A DNA stretch of 64,000 nt from Mesotaenium endlicherianum (lineage: Eukaryota): positions 156,879 to 220,878 of the forward strand of contig WELA01000805.1 of NCBI GenBank assembly GCA_009602735.1, given 5' to 3'. The notes beneath the pieces were generated by a model. It was not told where the DNA came from. It saw only the letters and a program-made list of their open reading frames with translations, and made no database searches. Both the position numbers and the translations under genes were made by a program. Below, piece after piece: positions 12,013-24,327 of the stretch (its first letter is position 1; each line of letters begins with the position of its first letter).

Positions 12013-14073
12013 CTTTCACAGACAGTTACTCCCAAGCCTGTAAGTGAGGGAGTGCAAATTGAACCTGATGCACGTTTAGGAGGAAGGACAATTGCGCGTC
12101 AAAAATCGCAAGGGTTGCCAGAGCACTCCTTGTCTTGGCTTGCTCCCCACAAGAGCAAAGCACGAGGAGAAAAACAAATCAGCTTCTAGCAAGCAGTATA
12201 GGACGAGACAACAAGCACTAATTGACAAAACAGAAGCAGATGACAGCAACCTGTAAGCATAGCAACAGGATAGGTGCCTCACAGGTGCAAAAGCATGCGT
12301 AGAAAAAAATATAGGAAGCAGGCAAGCAAGCAGGCAATCACTTCGTTAAGCACCAAGCACTCATGAACATATAATTAAGATTTCAGAGATAAGCAAAAAG
12401 GAAGAGAAGGAGAGGGAGGGGAGCAATTGAACCTGAGAGAGATTTTCTCTCTTGAATGTGAAGTAGTTCCTTGAGTCCTCCCCAAAACAAATTGACAAAA
12501 AGAACCAAACAGACGTCATACGCACTTATGAGGATAAGAAGCTGATGAAGATAAAGAAGGAGGTGACGCTAGCTAAAGAACTTGGATAATAACGTTTCTA
12601 GTCCAAATACATCCCTCTAAAACTAAGAATAAATAGAACTACATGAACTAAAAGAACGACATAAGCAAGAGGGAGAAGAAAGGAAGGGAGGGGAGAAAAC
12701 AAACCAGAAGAGATCTGCCCACTGAATGTGAATTAGCAACTGGCACTGTCTTCAATCTTCCCTGGAAGACACAAAACAAACATGATACGCAAACATCAGG
12801 ATAACAAGCATCGGAAAGTAAACAATAAGGTTGAACATTGATGAGTGCTCCAGCAACAACTATGATCAAATGGTATATCCAAATACACCTCCCGTATAGT
12901 TGGTAGTAGAAACCTGAATACAAACTACAATAAGCAACAAGAGGGAACAACAAGAGCAAAGAACAGGAGCGGACAAAAATCGAGGTCGTAACACGAGTCG
13001 AAACAGTAACTTACCACCGAATGAAGCTGAAGAATGACATGAATGTCGCTGCAAAGATGTTTAAGTAGGCCTCGGGCTTTGGCCTCAAATGGGTTCGTGC
13101 CTGTGCACTAGACCAATTTTGCACTTGCAAAGATGAAACTTGAAAGCGAGGGTATCGTTTGGCACAATATTGGTGGCTGAGTTTTGCAATTTTTTGAAAG
13201 TTCCCGCCGGTGCAAAACCTGCCACATTGTACTTTATAATTCTCAATTGCGTCCATCGACGCGTTGTTTGGACTGACGAGTGAAAGAAGCCGACGCTCAC
13301 ACACGTAAAGCACGTCGAAACGTCAATGGGCGGCGCGCACGAGTGAAGCTCATCTAGTTTGCTTAGTTTGAGCGAACCGACTCAGTTCGCCTGATTAAGC
13401 GTACGAAGGTCGGCCAGTTCGGCAAACGACGTAACCCTGCATGAAAATGCACTCATAATTTGCCAAGCAATCTGAAGATCACAGCGAAGCTTGTACTACG
13501 TAATTTTGTAAAACACAACAATAAAGTGAAATAACTTTGCTGCATGCCAAGCATAAGACAATAAAGCATGAAGCAATTTGTAGTGCACTCTATGGCCCAT
13601 CATACATGTAATATTAATAATGAGTCAAAATTGTAGTTCGAGAGTTGAGCAATGAGCAACTCCCAATGTTGTTGAGAGCTGAGAGAGTAGGCACTCCTCC
13701 AAATCTGTGCAGAAACTTCTGAAAATCATAAGTCCTTCTATACTTCTCCAAATTCTGCAAACTAAGTCTCAAACTGGGCGCTGTAAGATGTTCTACCAGA
13801 GTCTTGAGTTTCAGAGCATTCCAAGTTCAGGGGAAGGCACAATGTCAGAAGGCATATTCTGTCCTAACAATGCCAGCAGCCTGACCCCCTTCTACTTAGA
13901 GCATCATATCTCTCTCACCAGTGCTCCAAATTGAGCAAACTTGGACTCTAAATGACCGGCTACTCATGGACTACAGCCAGGTAAATTTTCAGAATTTATT
14001 ATGCAGAGACCTATCACCAGTAGCAGTTTTAGTTTTCTGTCCAGAAACTGCGAGAAGAGAAGAGTGTCTAATG

Positions 14074-17000
14074 TCAATTTTTCCTCTTTCTTGTTCTTGC
14101 AGGCTGCCTCCAAGGGGTCTTCTGCTGCTTCTTGATGGTGGCAGGCTGCCTCCCTGAAGTCTTCGGGCTTCTAGTAGAGAGACTTGGGGCTGGTCCAAGA
14201 TGGGGGTTGGCGGCATGGAAGCGCTTCAACTTTCTCTGAACTTTGTCAAGGTAGTGCGCCGCCACCCAACTATTCTCCGAATCTGGATATCCTTTCCACT
14301 TGATCAAGTATTGCTGCTGTCTCCTGAAATTTCTCATAGCCACTATGTCTTCCACTTCGTACTCCAAATGATCATCCACTATTGTTGGGGCTGGTGGGGT
14401 TGTCACACGTCCTGGGAACTTGTTGTCGGGTTGCACATATGGCTTGAAGAGGGAAGCGTGGAATACGGGGTCGATGTGCATAGTCTGGGGAAGTTCTAGC
14501 TTGAAAGCAACGGGGTTGACTTGCTGGATAATCTTGAAGGGTCCCAAATACTTGGGAGAGAACTTGCTGCCGGCAGGCCTGTTGTTCAGGGAAATGTTCT
14601 TGGATGATAGTAACACGTTGTCACCCACTCTGTACGTAATTTCTCTTCTGGATCTGTTCGCCACTCTTGCTTGAGCATCTTGCGCGTGTTGTAGAGCTTT
14701 CTTCGCTGCTGTAAGGGCTGCTTCTAATGTCTCCATAAAATCTGTGGCTGCAGGTACTTCATCATGGCCAGCCGTGAAGCTCAGTGGCGTGGTCGGATGG
14801 AAGCCATAGTTGAGGAAGAATGGGGACTCTTGGGTAGAGGCCTGCGTAGTGTTGTTGTAGGCAAACTCGAGGGGGGTCAAGTACATGTCCCAGTCTTGCT
14901 CGAGGGTAGACACGTAGGCCTTTAGAGAGGTCTTTAGGGTACGATTCATACGCTCGGTTTGCCCATCTGATTGTGGGTGGTAGGCAGTAGACATATCCAG
15001 CGATGTACCCAAGTTCTTGAAGAGATTTTTCCAGAAATGGCTTGTGAATCTTGGATCTCTATCTGACACAATTCTTGATGGTAGTCCATGGAGTCGGAAG
15101 ATGTTGTCAAAGATGAGTCTTGCAAGTTGTGGTGCTGTAGCCTTAGTCGTCGTGGGAATAAAATGAGCCATCTTGGTAAGTCTGTCCACCGCCGTGAGTA
15201 TTGCATTATGGCCTCGAGGTGTCACGGGCAAGTCCACGATAAGGTCCATTGAGATGTCCGTCCATTGTCTTTCGGGGATTGGTAGTGGTTGGAGGAGTCC
15301 TCCCGCCTTTTGCGATGATGGCTTGATTCTTTGGCATGTGTCACAGCTCCTGCAGTACTCCTTGACTTGCTTAGACATGCCTGGCCAACAATAAGTCCTA
15401 GCTAGAACGCCCGTGGTCCTTAGGATTCCAAAGTGTCCTCCAAGAGGGTTGTCGTGTGCTTCTCGTAGAAGCAAGAGCCGGAGGTCTAAGTCATTAGGAA
15501 CACATCTCTGGCCCGTATCTTGCCTCACCCAATAATTGCCTTCTTGCTTCTTGCATGGGTCCAAGGCTGCTTCTCCGTTCTTGTAGTAAGGGTCTCTTTC
15601 ATAGGCGGCTGAAAATCGAGCTTCCAGATCTGTCTTCAGGGATACCATCACTGCATTTAATTGCAGTCTTGAGAGGGGGTCAGCCGGGTTTGTCTTGCCG
15701 GGCTGGTACTGAATCGTGATGTTGTATTGTTGCAAGTATCCGCTCCATCTTGCTTGTCTCCTTGAGAGATACGGCTGCGTTTGGAGGTGCTTTAACGCCT
15801 CGTGGTCCGTGGTGACCAGTACTTTGCGTCCTTCAACGTAGCAGCGCCAAACCTTCAAGGCATGTACAATCGCCAATGCCTCTCGCTCCGTGGTTGTATA
15901 ATTTTGCTCGGCTGGATTTAGCTTCCTTGACTCGTAGGCGATGGGCTGCAGTCCCTTGCCTTGGTCTTGAAGCAGGATTGCTCCTATTGCATAGGAAGAT
16001 GCATCGGTGATGACGTGGAAGGGCCAATCTGGGTTTGGACTTGGGAGTGTGAGCACCGGGGATGTGGTCAATCTTCGCTTTAACTCTTGAAATGCCTCTT
16101 CCTCTTTCTCGGTCCATGTATATAGCCTGTCCTTCTTGAGTAGATCTGTCAGGGGGGCTGCTATGTGCGAGAAGCCTTGGATGAATTTTCTGTACCAATT
16201 GGCAAATCCCAAGAATGACTGGAGTTCTTTCTTGGTCGTGGGGGTTGGCCATTCCTCCACCACCGTGGTCTTCTTGGGGTCCATCTTGATGCCATCAGCA
16301 GTCACGTGGAGACCTAGGAACTCCACTTCTTGTTTGGCAAACTCGCACTTTGACTCCTTCGCAAATAGCTTGTTTTGCTTCAATACTTCAAGGACTTCTT
16401 TCAAGTGTCTCGCATGCTCTTCAAGGGTCTTGCTGTAGATAAGGATGTCATCGATGAATACCACCACAAATCTGTCCAACATGGGCTGAAATATGGTGTT
16501 CATCATAGTCATGAAAGTTGCTGGCGCGTTGGTGAGTCCAAATGGCAGGACCATGAACTCAAAATGTCCATATCTTGTCCTGAATGCCGTCTTCTCTATG
16601 TCCGGTTCTGCGATGCGAATCTGGTGGTAGCCGCTCCGTAAGTCAATCTTCGTGAAGTACTTGGCTCCAACCAGCCGGTCCATGAGCTCATCCATGCGCG
16701 GCAGCGGGTATCGATTCTTGATGGTGATCTTGTTGAGGGCGCGATAGTCCACACACATCCTCAAGGTACCATCTTTCTTCTTGACAAATAGCACCGGGGC
16801 TCCAAATGGCGACTTGCTAGGTCGAATGAAGCCATGCTCCAGTAGCTCCTTGATTTGCTTCTTGACTTCGTCTAGCTCCGTGTATGACATTTTGAACGTA
16901 GGCCGAGAGATGGGCTTGCTTCCGGGCTCCAACTCTATCTTGTGGTCTACGAATCTTTTGGGGGGTAGGCCCTTGGGCAATTCCGGGGAGAACACTTCTT

Positions 17001-17739
17001 TGTAGTCCTCTAAGACTTCTTGTATCTCCTTGGGAACGGGGCTGCCTTCTTGACTCTCGATGTCTTTCTTGATGTCTTTTGGCGTGATCAAGGCCAAAAG
17101 AAGCTCGTGTCCCTTCCTCACAAGTCTCTTGAGTTGGAGGGCGGACAATAGTATCTCGTGTGCCGGCTTCTGGATGTCTTGGGTCTGGATATTCTGGATT
17201 GCGCGCAAAATACAGATTCTTGAAGTGATGTCATTCTTGATCTTGATAGTACCGGTCCTCCAATCAACTTGGGGGTTGTGCTTGGTCAACCAAGGCGTCC
17301 CTAGGATGACGTCGTACTTGCCCAATTGCATGGGGGAGAACACTACTCTATCCTTGAAGGACTTGATAGAGAGTGCCAAGGGGTACGTCTTCTTGGAAGG
17401 GGTAGTATAGGAGAATCCATCGGGCATCATAATCTCCTCGTCGTGGTCAAGAGTTCGCATAGTAATACCGTGCTTGGTGGCAAAATCTGCAGCAATGAAG
17501 TTGCCTTGAGCTCCGCTATCCACCAAGATGTGGACCTTCTCTCCTCCAAGGTAACCTCTCAAACTCATTGGGGCTGGAACGTCGTCTTCAACGGGGGTCT
17601 CCACCTCACTTGGCGTGTTGCCTTCTCGTGAAGTGGGTCTTGGGGTGGTAGGCTCCTGGCCTACCGGCGCTGTCCGTTTTTTGACAACTTTTTGGGGCAT
17701 GAAAGTGCACGATGGCCCTTTTCCTTGCAATAGAAGCAT
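14074..17739 (-). CDS. pol: Pol polyprotein (PR-RT-RH-IN-chromodomain) of C1, probably made as a gag-pol frameshift fusion
   Basis: Open 1221-aa frame with LVDSGA, FIDDIL, TDAS, HHCC zinc finger, DDE core, GPF motif and chromodomain EYEVEDI...YLIKWKGY. Confidence 0.97.
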   Translation of the reverse strand: MLLLQGKGPSCTFMPQKVVKKRTAPVGQEPTTPRPTSREGNTPSEVETPVEDDVPAPMSLRGYLGGEKVHILVDSGAQGNFIAADFATKHGITMRTLDHDEEIMMPDGFSYTTPSKKTYPLALSIKSFKDRVVFSPMQLGKYDVILGTPWLTKHNPQVDWRTGTIKIKNDITSRICILRAIQNIQTQDIQKPAHEILLSALQLKRLVRKGHELLLALITPKDIKKDIESQEGSPVPKEIQEVLEDYKEVFSPELPKGLPPKRFVDHKIELEPGSKPISRPTFKMSYTELDEVKKQIKELLEHGFIRPSKSPFGAPVLFVKKKDGTLRMCVDYRALNKITIKNRYPLPRMDELMDRLVGAKYFTKIDLRSGYHQIRIAEPDIEKTAFRTRYGHFEFMVLPFGLTNAPATFMTMMNTIFQPMLDRFVVVFIDDILIYSKTLEEHARHLKEVLEVLKQNKLFAKESKCEFAKQEVEFLGLHVTADGIKMDPKKTTVVEEWPTPTTKKELQSFLGFANWYRKFIQGFSHIAAPLTDLLKKDRLYTWTEKEEEAFQELKRRLTTSPVLTLPSPNPDWPFHVITDASSYAIGAILLQDQGKGLQPIAYESRKLNPAEQNYTTTEREALAIVHALKVWRCYVEGRKVLVTTDHEALKHLQTQPYLSRRQARWSGYLQQYNITIQYQPGKTNPADPLSRLQLNAVMVSLKTDLEARFSAAYERDPYYKNGEAALDPCKKQEGNYWVRQDTGQRCVPNDLDLRLLLLREAHDNPLGGHFGILRTTGVLARTYCWPGMSKQVKEYCRSCDTCQRIKPSSQKAGGLLQPLPIPERQWTDISMDLIVDLPVTPRGHNAILTAVDRLTKMAHFIPTTTKATAPQLARLIFDNIFRLHGLPSRIVSDRDPRFTSHFWKNLFKNLGTSLDMSTAYHPQSDGQTERMNRTLKTSLKAYVSTLEQDWDMYLTPLEFAYNNTTQASTQESPFFLNYGFHPTTPLSFTAGHDEVPAATDFMETLEAALTAAKKALQHAQDAQARVANRSRREITYRVGDNVLLSSKNISLNNRPAGSKFSPKYLGPFKIIQQVNPVAFKLELPQTMHIDPVFHASLFKPYVQPDNKFPGRVTTPPAPTIVDDHLEYEVEDIVAMRNFRRQQQYLIKWKGYPDSENSWVAAHYLDKVQRKLKRFHAANPHLGPAPSLSTRSPKTSGRQPATIKKQQKTPWRQPARTRKRKN

Positions 17740-18941
17740 AGTCCAGCCGTCATGAGAGCTTCTTTTTCAGCCGGGGAGAGTCTTGCTTTCACTCCTTGCT
17801 GGTTTCTTGCATCATAAGTGTCATTGGAGGGTCTTCCACTCTTCCGGGCAGCCGCGGGGTCCCTTTTAATAACTCCGATTTCCATGGGTGTGGGTCCAGA
17901 TTCGGATGTGGAAGGGGCTGCGTACACCCGCGTCGTCGGTACCCGTGAAGATGAAGGCACGGAGTGCTTGAAATCCAAGGTATCCACCTTTTGGGCCACT
18001 TCAATGATCTTTGAGAAGTCCGTCAAGTCGCGTAACTCCACTTCCTTTGCCACCTTGGGTTTGAGGCCAAAGATGTAGCGGTCAATCTTCTCCTCGAGAG
18101 ACATGTTGGGGATCTCAAGAGTGAGGGCGTGAAATCTGGATGTATACTCTTGAACGGACGTCGTTTGCTTGAGATGGTGGAGCTTTCCTCGGGCAATCTT
18201 CTCCGCATTGATGGGCATGAATTGCTTCTTGAGGGCCTCACGAAAATCTGCCCATCTTGCATATGATGGTGGGGGCTCTTGGCCGAGCATGGGGTGCGCC
18301 ATAGCTTGATATATAGCCGCTTGATAGTTACGCCACCATGATGTTGCTGCTCCTCTAAGTAAGGTAACGGCAAAGGGAACGTAGTCCTCCTCGGGTACTT
18401 CAAGGAATGCGAGGTACGTCTCCACTTGGTAGAGCCATAAATTCAGGTTGGCACCTTTCCCGGGGTTGAAAGTGTCGGGTTTGCCGGGCTTGATGAGTTT
18501 CCTTGCTCTCGTTGGCTCTTGTGGAGGCGCTTGAGCCGGGGCTGGATTTTGAGCATTGCTCGCAATAGGGGCAACCATGGCAGCCATAGCTTCTCTTGAC
18601 GCTTGCACGGTTGCTTCATAGGTGGCCAAGCCCACTTGGTTGTGGACGGTCATTAGGAAGGCTGCCCACTCATTTGCGGGAACTCCTTGTGGTGGGGTCA
18701 ACTTTGCTATAGCGGCTGCCACGGGATGTGACGGTGCTCCTCCTTGTGGTGCTTCTTGTTGTTGGACATTTCCTTGAGTAGGTTCTCCCATCGACGCTGG
18801 AGGAGGGTGTGCTCCTCCTTGTGGTGCTTCTTGTTGTTGCATATTTTCTTGAGTGGGCTCTCCCATCGGCGCTGGAGGAGGGTGTCTTGGAGAGGAAGGG
18901 CTTCCTTCAAAAGCTTGCTGTTGGTCTTGAGGATCGGCCAT
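17661..18941 (-). CDS. gag: Gag of C1
   Basis: 426 aa; retrotransposon gag motif ([10 protein letters not shown]), PTPMEIG and zinc knuckle [14 protein letters not shown]. Confidence 0.97.
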   Translation of the reverse strand: MADPQDQQQAFEGSPSSPRHPPPAPMGEPTQENMQQQEAPQGGAHPPPASMGEPTQGNVQQQEAPQGGAPSHPVAAAIAKLTPPQGVPANEWAAFLMTVHNQVGLATYEATVQASREAMAAMVAPIASNAQNPAPAQAPPQEPTRARKLIKPGKPDTFNPGKGANLNLWLYQVETYLAFLEVPEEDYVPFAVTLLRGAATSWWRNYQAAIYQAMAHPMLGQEPPPSYARWADFREALKKQFMPINAEKIARGKLHHLKQTTSVQEYTSRFHALTLEIPNMSLEEKIDRYIFGLKPKVAKEVELRDLTDFSKIIEVAQKVDTLDFKHSVPSSSRVPTTRVYAAPSTSESGPTPMEIGVIKRDPAAARKSGRPSNDTYDARNQQGVKARLSPAEKEALMTAGLCFYCKEKGHRALSCPKKLSKNGQRR

Positions 18942-20065
18942 CTTCTTGTGCTACCAAAGTGCCTAGCTCCGATACCACTGTAGTGAAACAGATAGATAAA
19001 GTACTTAGTAAAACAGAATACTTTATCTATTCAAGACAAGGATCTTTGAACACAAGTGGTAGCTTCTTGAAAGAGAGATGGCTTCTTGAAAGTTAATATA
19101 TTTCTGGATTTTGGCAAGTACAAGAGTGATTCTGGAATGTCTTTCTATGTTCTAGCTCTTGTTTATATACTTGCTACATAAGTAATTTCTAGGAAGGTGT
19201 ATGTTGATGTGTTGGCACCCAACACATCCCAAAACTTGCCACCTCTTTCTAGAATAATGTACACATGTCCTTTTGACCTAAAAATGGCACATCTGACTTT
19301 TGCCACATGGAGTTCTTCTAGGTCTTTCCTCTAACTTCAAAAATGCCTTGAAAGGTTCAAAGGACATGAACCAAGTTACTAGAGTACCTATTCACACTTG
19401 ACTCCACACCATACTACTTCAAATATATTTGAAAACATTAAAATATATGCAAACTAATGTATAATAACTCAAATCACTACAGATCCAGATCTCTAATGGC
19501 TGGGCAGTTTGAGCAGGAGGAGTCCTGTAGTAATTTGAGTTAAAATATATAAATTTGCATAAATTTTTATGCTTTTGAATATATTTGGAGTAGCATTGTG
19601 TGGCGTCAACTGTGAATAGATACTCTAGTGACTTGGTTCATGTCCTTTGAACCTTCTAAGGCATTTTCAAAGTGAGAGGAAGGACCTAGAAGAAATTCAT
19701 GTGGCAAAAGTCAAATGTGCCATTTTTTGGTCAAAAGAACATGTGTACATTATTCTAGAAAGAGGTGGCAAGTTTTGGGATGTGTTGGGTGCCTACACAT
19801 CAACATGCACCTTCTTGAAAATAACTTATGTAGCAAGTATATAAATAAGAGCTAGAACATAGAAAGACATGGGAGAATCACTCTTGTACTTGCCAAATTA
19901 GAGAAATATATTAACTTCCAAGAAGCCATCTCTCTTTCAAGAAGCTACCACTTGTGTTCAAAGATCCTTGTCTTGAATAGATAAAGTATTATATTTCACT
20001 AAGTACTTTATCTATCTGTTTCTCTACAGTGGTATCGGAGCTGGGCACTTTGGTAGCACAAGAAA

Positions 20066-21271
20066 ATGGCCGATCCTCAAGACCAACAGCAAGCTTTTGA
20101 AGGAAGCCCTTCATCTCCAAGAGACCCTCCTCCAGCGCAGATGGGAGAGCCCACTCAAGAAAATCTGCAACAGCAAGAAGCACCACAAGGAGGAGCACCG
20201 TCAAATCCCGTGGCAGCCGCTATAGCAAAGTTGACCCCAGCACAAGGAGTTCCCACAAATAAGTGGGCAACCTTCCTAATGACCGTCCACAACCAAGTGG
20301 GCTTGGCCACCTATGAAGCAACCGTGCAAGCGTCAAGAGAAGCTATGGCTGCCATGGTTGCCCCTATTGCAAGCAACGCTCCAAATCCAGCCATGGTTCA
20401 AGCGCCTCCACAAGAGCCTACGAGAGCAAGGAAACTCATCAAGCCCGGCAAAGCAGACACTTTCAATCCTGGGAGAGGAGCCAAATTCAATCTGTGGCTC
20501 TACCAAGTGGAGACGTACCTCACATTCCCTGAAGTACCCGAGGAGGACTACGTCCCTTTTGCCGTTACCTTGCTCAGAGGAGCAGCAACATCATGGTGGC
20601 GTAACTATCAAGCGGCCGTATATCAAGCTGTAGCGCATCCCGTATCCAACCAAGAGCCTCCACCATCATATGCAAGATGGGTGGATTTTTGTGAAGCCCT
20701 CCAGAAGCAATTTATGCCCATCAAAGCGGAGAAAATTGCTCAAGAAAAGCTTCGCCATCTCAAGCAAACAACGTCCGTTCAAGAATATACATCCAGATTC
20801 CATGATCTCACTCTTGAGATCCCCAACATGTCGCTCGAGGAGAAGATTGATCGTTATGTGTCATGCCTCAAGCCCAAGGTGGCAAAAGAAGTGGAGTTAC
20901 GCGACTTGAAGAACTTTTCCAAGATTATTGAAGTGGCTCAAAAGGTGGATACCTTGGATCTCAAGCACTCCATGCCTTCATCTTCACGGGCACCGGCGAC
21001 GCGGGTGTACGTAGCCTCTTCCACATCCGAATCTGGACCCACACCCATGAAAATTGGAATTATTAGAAGGGACCTTGCGGCTGCTTGGAAGAGTAGAAGA
21101 CCCTCCAATGACACTTATGATGCAAGAAACCACCAAGGAGTGAAAGCAAGACCCTCCCCGGCTGAAAGAGAAGCTCTCATGACAGCTGGACTATGCTCTT
21201 ATTATAAGGAAAAAGGCCATCGGGCACTCTCATGCCCCAAAAAGTTGTCAAAAAACGGGCAGCGCCTGTAG
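20066..21271 (+). CDS. gag: Gag of C2 (open frame, degenerate zinc knuckle)
   Basis: 401 aa, homologous to C1/C3 gag. Knuckle reads [14 protein letters not shown]. Confidence 0.85.
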   Translation: MADPQDQQQAFEGSPSSPRDPPPAQMGEPTQENLQQQEAPQGGAPSNPVAAAIAKLTPAQGVPTNKWATFLMTVHNQVGLATYEATVQASREAMAAMVAPIASNAPNPAMVQAPPQEPTRARKLIKPGKADTFNPGRGAKFNLWLYQVETYLTFPEVPEEDYVPFAVTLLRGAATSWWRNYQAAVYQAVAHPVSNQEPPPSYARWVDFCEALQKQFMPIKAEKIAQEKLRHLKQTTSVQEYTSRFHDLTLEIPNMSLEEKIDRYVSCLKPKVAKEVELRDLKNFSKIIEVAQKVDTLDLKHSMPSSSRAPATRVYVASSTSESGPTPMKIGIIRRDLAAAWKSRRPSNDTYDARNHQGVKARPSPAEREALMTAGLCSYYKEKGHRALSCPKKLSKNGQRL

Positions 21272-24200
21272 GCCAGGAGCCTACCACCCCAAGACCCACT
21301 TCACGAGAAGACAACAAGCCAAGTGAGGTGGAGACCCCCGTTGAAGACGACGTTCCAGCCCCAATGAGTTTGAGAGATTACCTTGGAGGAGAGAAGGTCC
21401 ACATCTTGGTGGATAGCGGAGCTCATGGCAACTTCATCGCTGCAAATTTTGCTACCAAGCACGGTATTACTATGCAAACTCTTGACCACGACGAGGAGAA
21501 TATGATGCCCGACGGGTTCTCCTATACTACCCCTTCCAAGAAGACGTATCCCTTGGCACTCTCTATCAAGTCCTTCAAGGATAGAGTAGTGCTCTCCCCC
21601 ATGCAATTGGGCAAGTACGACGTCATCCTAGGGACGCCTTGGTTGACCAAGCATAACCCCCAAGTTCATTGGAGGGGCGGTATTATCAAGATCAAGAATG
21701 ACATCACTTCAAGAATCTGTATTTTGTGCGCAATCCAGAATATCCAGACCCAAGACATCAAGAAGCCGGCACACGAGATACTATTGTCCGCCCTCCAACT
21801 CAAGAGACTTGTGAGGAAGGGACACGAGCTTCTTTTGGCCTTGATCACGCCAAAAGACATCAAGAAAGACATCGAGAGTTAAGAAGGCAGCCCCCTTCCC
21901 AAGGAGATACAAGAAGTCTTGCAGGACTACAAAGAAGTATTCTCCCCCGAATTGCCCAAGAGCCTACCCTCCAAGAGATTCGTAGACCACAAACTAGAGT
22001 TGGAGCCTTGAAGAGCATGCGAGACACTTGAAAGAAGTCCTCGAAGTATTGAAGCAAAACAAGCTATTTGCGAAGGAGTCAAATTGCGAGTTTGCCAAAC
22101 AAGAAGTGGAGTTCCTAGGTCTCCATGTGACTGCTGATGGCATCAAGATGGACCCCAAGAAGACCACGGTGGCCAACCCCCACGACCAAGAAAGAACTCC
22201 AATCATTCTTGGGATTTGCTAATTGGTACAGGAGATTCATCCAGAGCTTTTAGCACATAGCAGCCCCTTTCACGGATCTACTGAAGAAAGACAAGCCATA
22301 TGTTTGGACCAAGAAAGAGGAGGAAGCATTCCAACAACTGAAACAAAGATTGACGACATCCCCGGTGCTCACACCCAAGTCCAAACCCAGATTGGCCCTT
22401 CCACGTCATCACCGATGCATCTTCCTATGCAATAGGAGCAATCCTAAATCAAGACCAAGGCAAGGGACTGCAGCTTATTGCCTACGAGTCAAGGAAGCTA
22501 GATCTAGCCAAGCAAAATTATACAACCACGGAGCGAGAGGCGTTGGCGATTGTACATGCCTTGAAGGTTTGGCGCTGCTACGTTGAAGGACGCAAGGTAC
22601 TGGTCACTACGGACCACAAGGTGTTGAAGCACCTCCAGATGCAGCCGTCTCTCTCGAGGAGACAAGCAAGATGGAGCGGATACTTGCAACAATACAACAT
22701 CACGATTCTGTACCAGCCCGGCAAGACAAACCCGGCTGACCCCCTCTCAAGACTGCAGCTAAACGCAGTGATGGTATCCCTGNGCTAAACGCAGTGATGA
22801 CATCCCTGTTGACAGATCTGGAAGCTCAATTTTCAGCCGCCTATGAAAGAGGCCCTTACTACAAGAACGGGGAAGCAGCCTTGGACCCATACAAGAAGCA
22901 AGAAGGCAATTATTGGGTGAGGCAAGACACTGGCCAGAGATGTGTTCCTAATGACTTAGACCTCCGGCACTTGCTTCTACGAGAAGCACACGACAACCCT
23001 CTTGGAGGGCACTTTAGAATCCTAAAGACCACAGGCGTTCTAGCCAGGACTTTTTGTTGGCCAGGCATGTCTAAGCAAGTCAAGGAGAACTGCAAGACCT
23101 GTGACACATGCCAAAGAATCAAGTCATCATCACAAAAGGCGGAAGGACTCCTCCAACCACTACCAATCTCCGAAAGACGATGGACCGACATCTTAATGAA
23201 CCTTATCGTGGACCTGCCCGTGACACCTCCAGGCCATAATGCAATACTCATGGTGGTGGACAGACTTACCAAGATGGCTCATTTTATTCCCACAACAACT
23301 AATGCTACAGCACCACAACTTGCAAGACTCATCTTTGACAACATCTTCCGACTCCATGGACTATCATCAAGAATTGTGTCGGATAGAGATCCAAGATTCA
23401 CAAGCCATTTTTGGAAAAATCTCTTCAAGAACTTGGGTACATCGCTGAATATGTCCACTGCCTATCACCCGCAATCAAATGGGCAAACCGAGCGTATGAA
23501 TAATACCCTAAAGACCTCTCTAAAGACCTACGTGTCTACTCTGGAGCAAGATTGGAACATGTACTTGACCCCCCTGGAGTTTGCCTACAACAACACTACG
23601 CAGGCCTCTATCCTAGAGTCCCCATTCTTCCTCAACTATGGCTTCCATCCGACCACGCCGCTGAGCTTCGCGGTTGGCCATGGTGAAGTACCTGCAACAA
23701 CAAATTTTATGGAGACATTAAAAGCAGCCTTACAGCAGCAAAGAAAGCTCTACAAGCGCAAGATGCTCAAGCAAGAGTGACAAACAGGTCCAGAGAAATT
23801 ACGTACAGAGTGGGTGACAACGTGTTACTATCGTCCAAGAATATTTCTCTAAACAATAGGCCTGTCGGCAACAAGTTCTCTCCCAAGTATTTGGGACCCT
23901 TCAAGATTATCCAGCAAGTCAGCCCCGTTGCTTTCAAGCTAGAACTTCCCTAAACTATGCACATTAATCTCGTATTCCACGCTTCCTTTTTCAAGCCATA
24001 TGTGCAACCGGACAACAAGTTCCCAGGACGTGTGACAACCCCACCAACTCCAACAACAGTGGATGATCATTTGGAGTACAAAGTGGAAGACATAGTGGTT
24101 ATGAGAAGTTTCAGGAGACAACAGCAATACTTGATCAAGTGGAAAGGATATCCAGATTCTGAGAATAGTTGGGTGGCGGCGCACTACCTTGACAAAGTTC

Positions 24201-24327
24201 AGAGAAAGCTGAAACGCTTCCATGCCGCCAACCCCCATCTTGGACCAGCCCCAAGTCTCTCTACTACAAGCCCAAAGAATTCAGGGAGGAAGCCTGCCAC
24301 CATCAAGAAGGAGCAAAAGACCCCCTG
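21232..24327 (+). pseudogene. Disrupted pol of C2
   Basis: Stop at 21880-21882. About 500 bp of RT is deleted at ~22007 (GAGTTGGAGCC joined to TTGAAGAGCATGC; compare 28560 and 29061 in C3). Several frameshifts. The last codons resume at 39309. Confidence 0.95.

Larger units (their letters stand above)
13668..19481 (-). mobile_element. Young chromovirus of family C (C1), coding-intact, 3' LTR and PPT missing
   Basis: 5' LTR 18979-19481 (503 bp). PBS TGGTATCGGAGCT at 18965-18977. Almost identical to C3 until similarity stops abruptly in the 3' UTR at ~13668. Confidence 0.96.

Noticed and set aside
2098..12019. Long Cys/Ala/Gln-rich ORFs on both strands over the GC array
   Set aside because: They arise from the stop-poor tandem repeat and are open in several frames at once.
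22755..22810. Short tandem duplication in C2 pol around an N
   Set aside because: Centred on an ambiguous base; probably a contig-join artefact.
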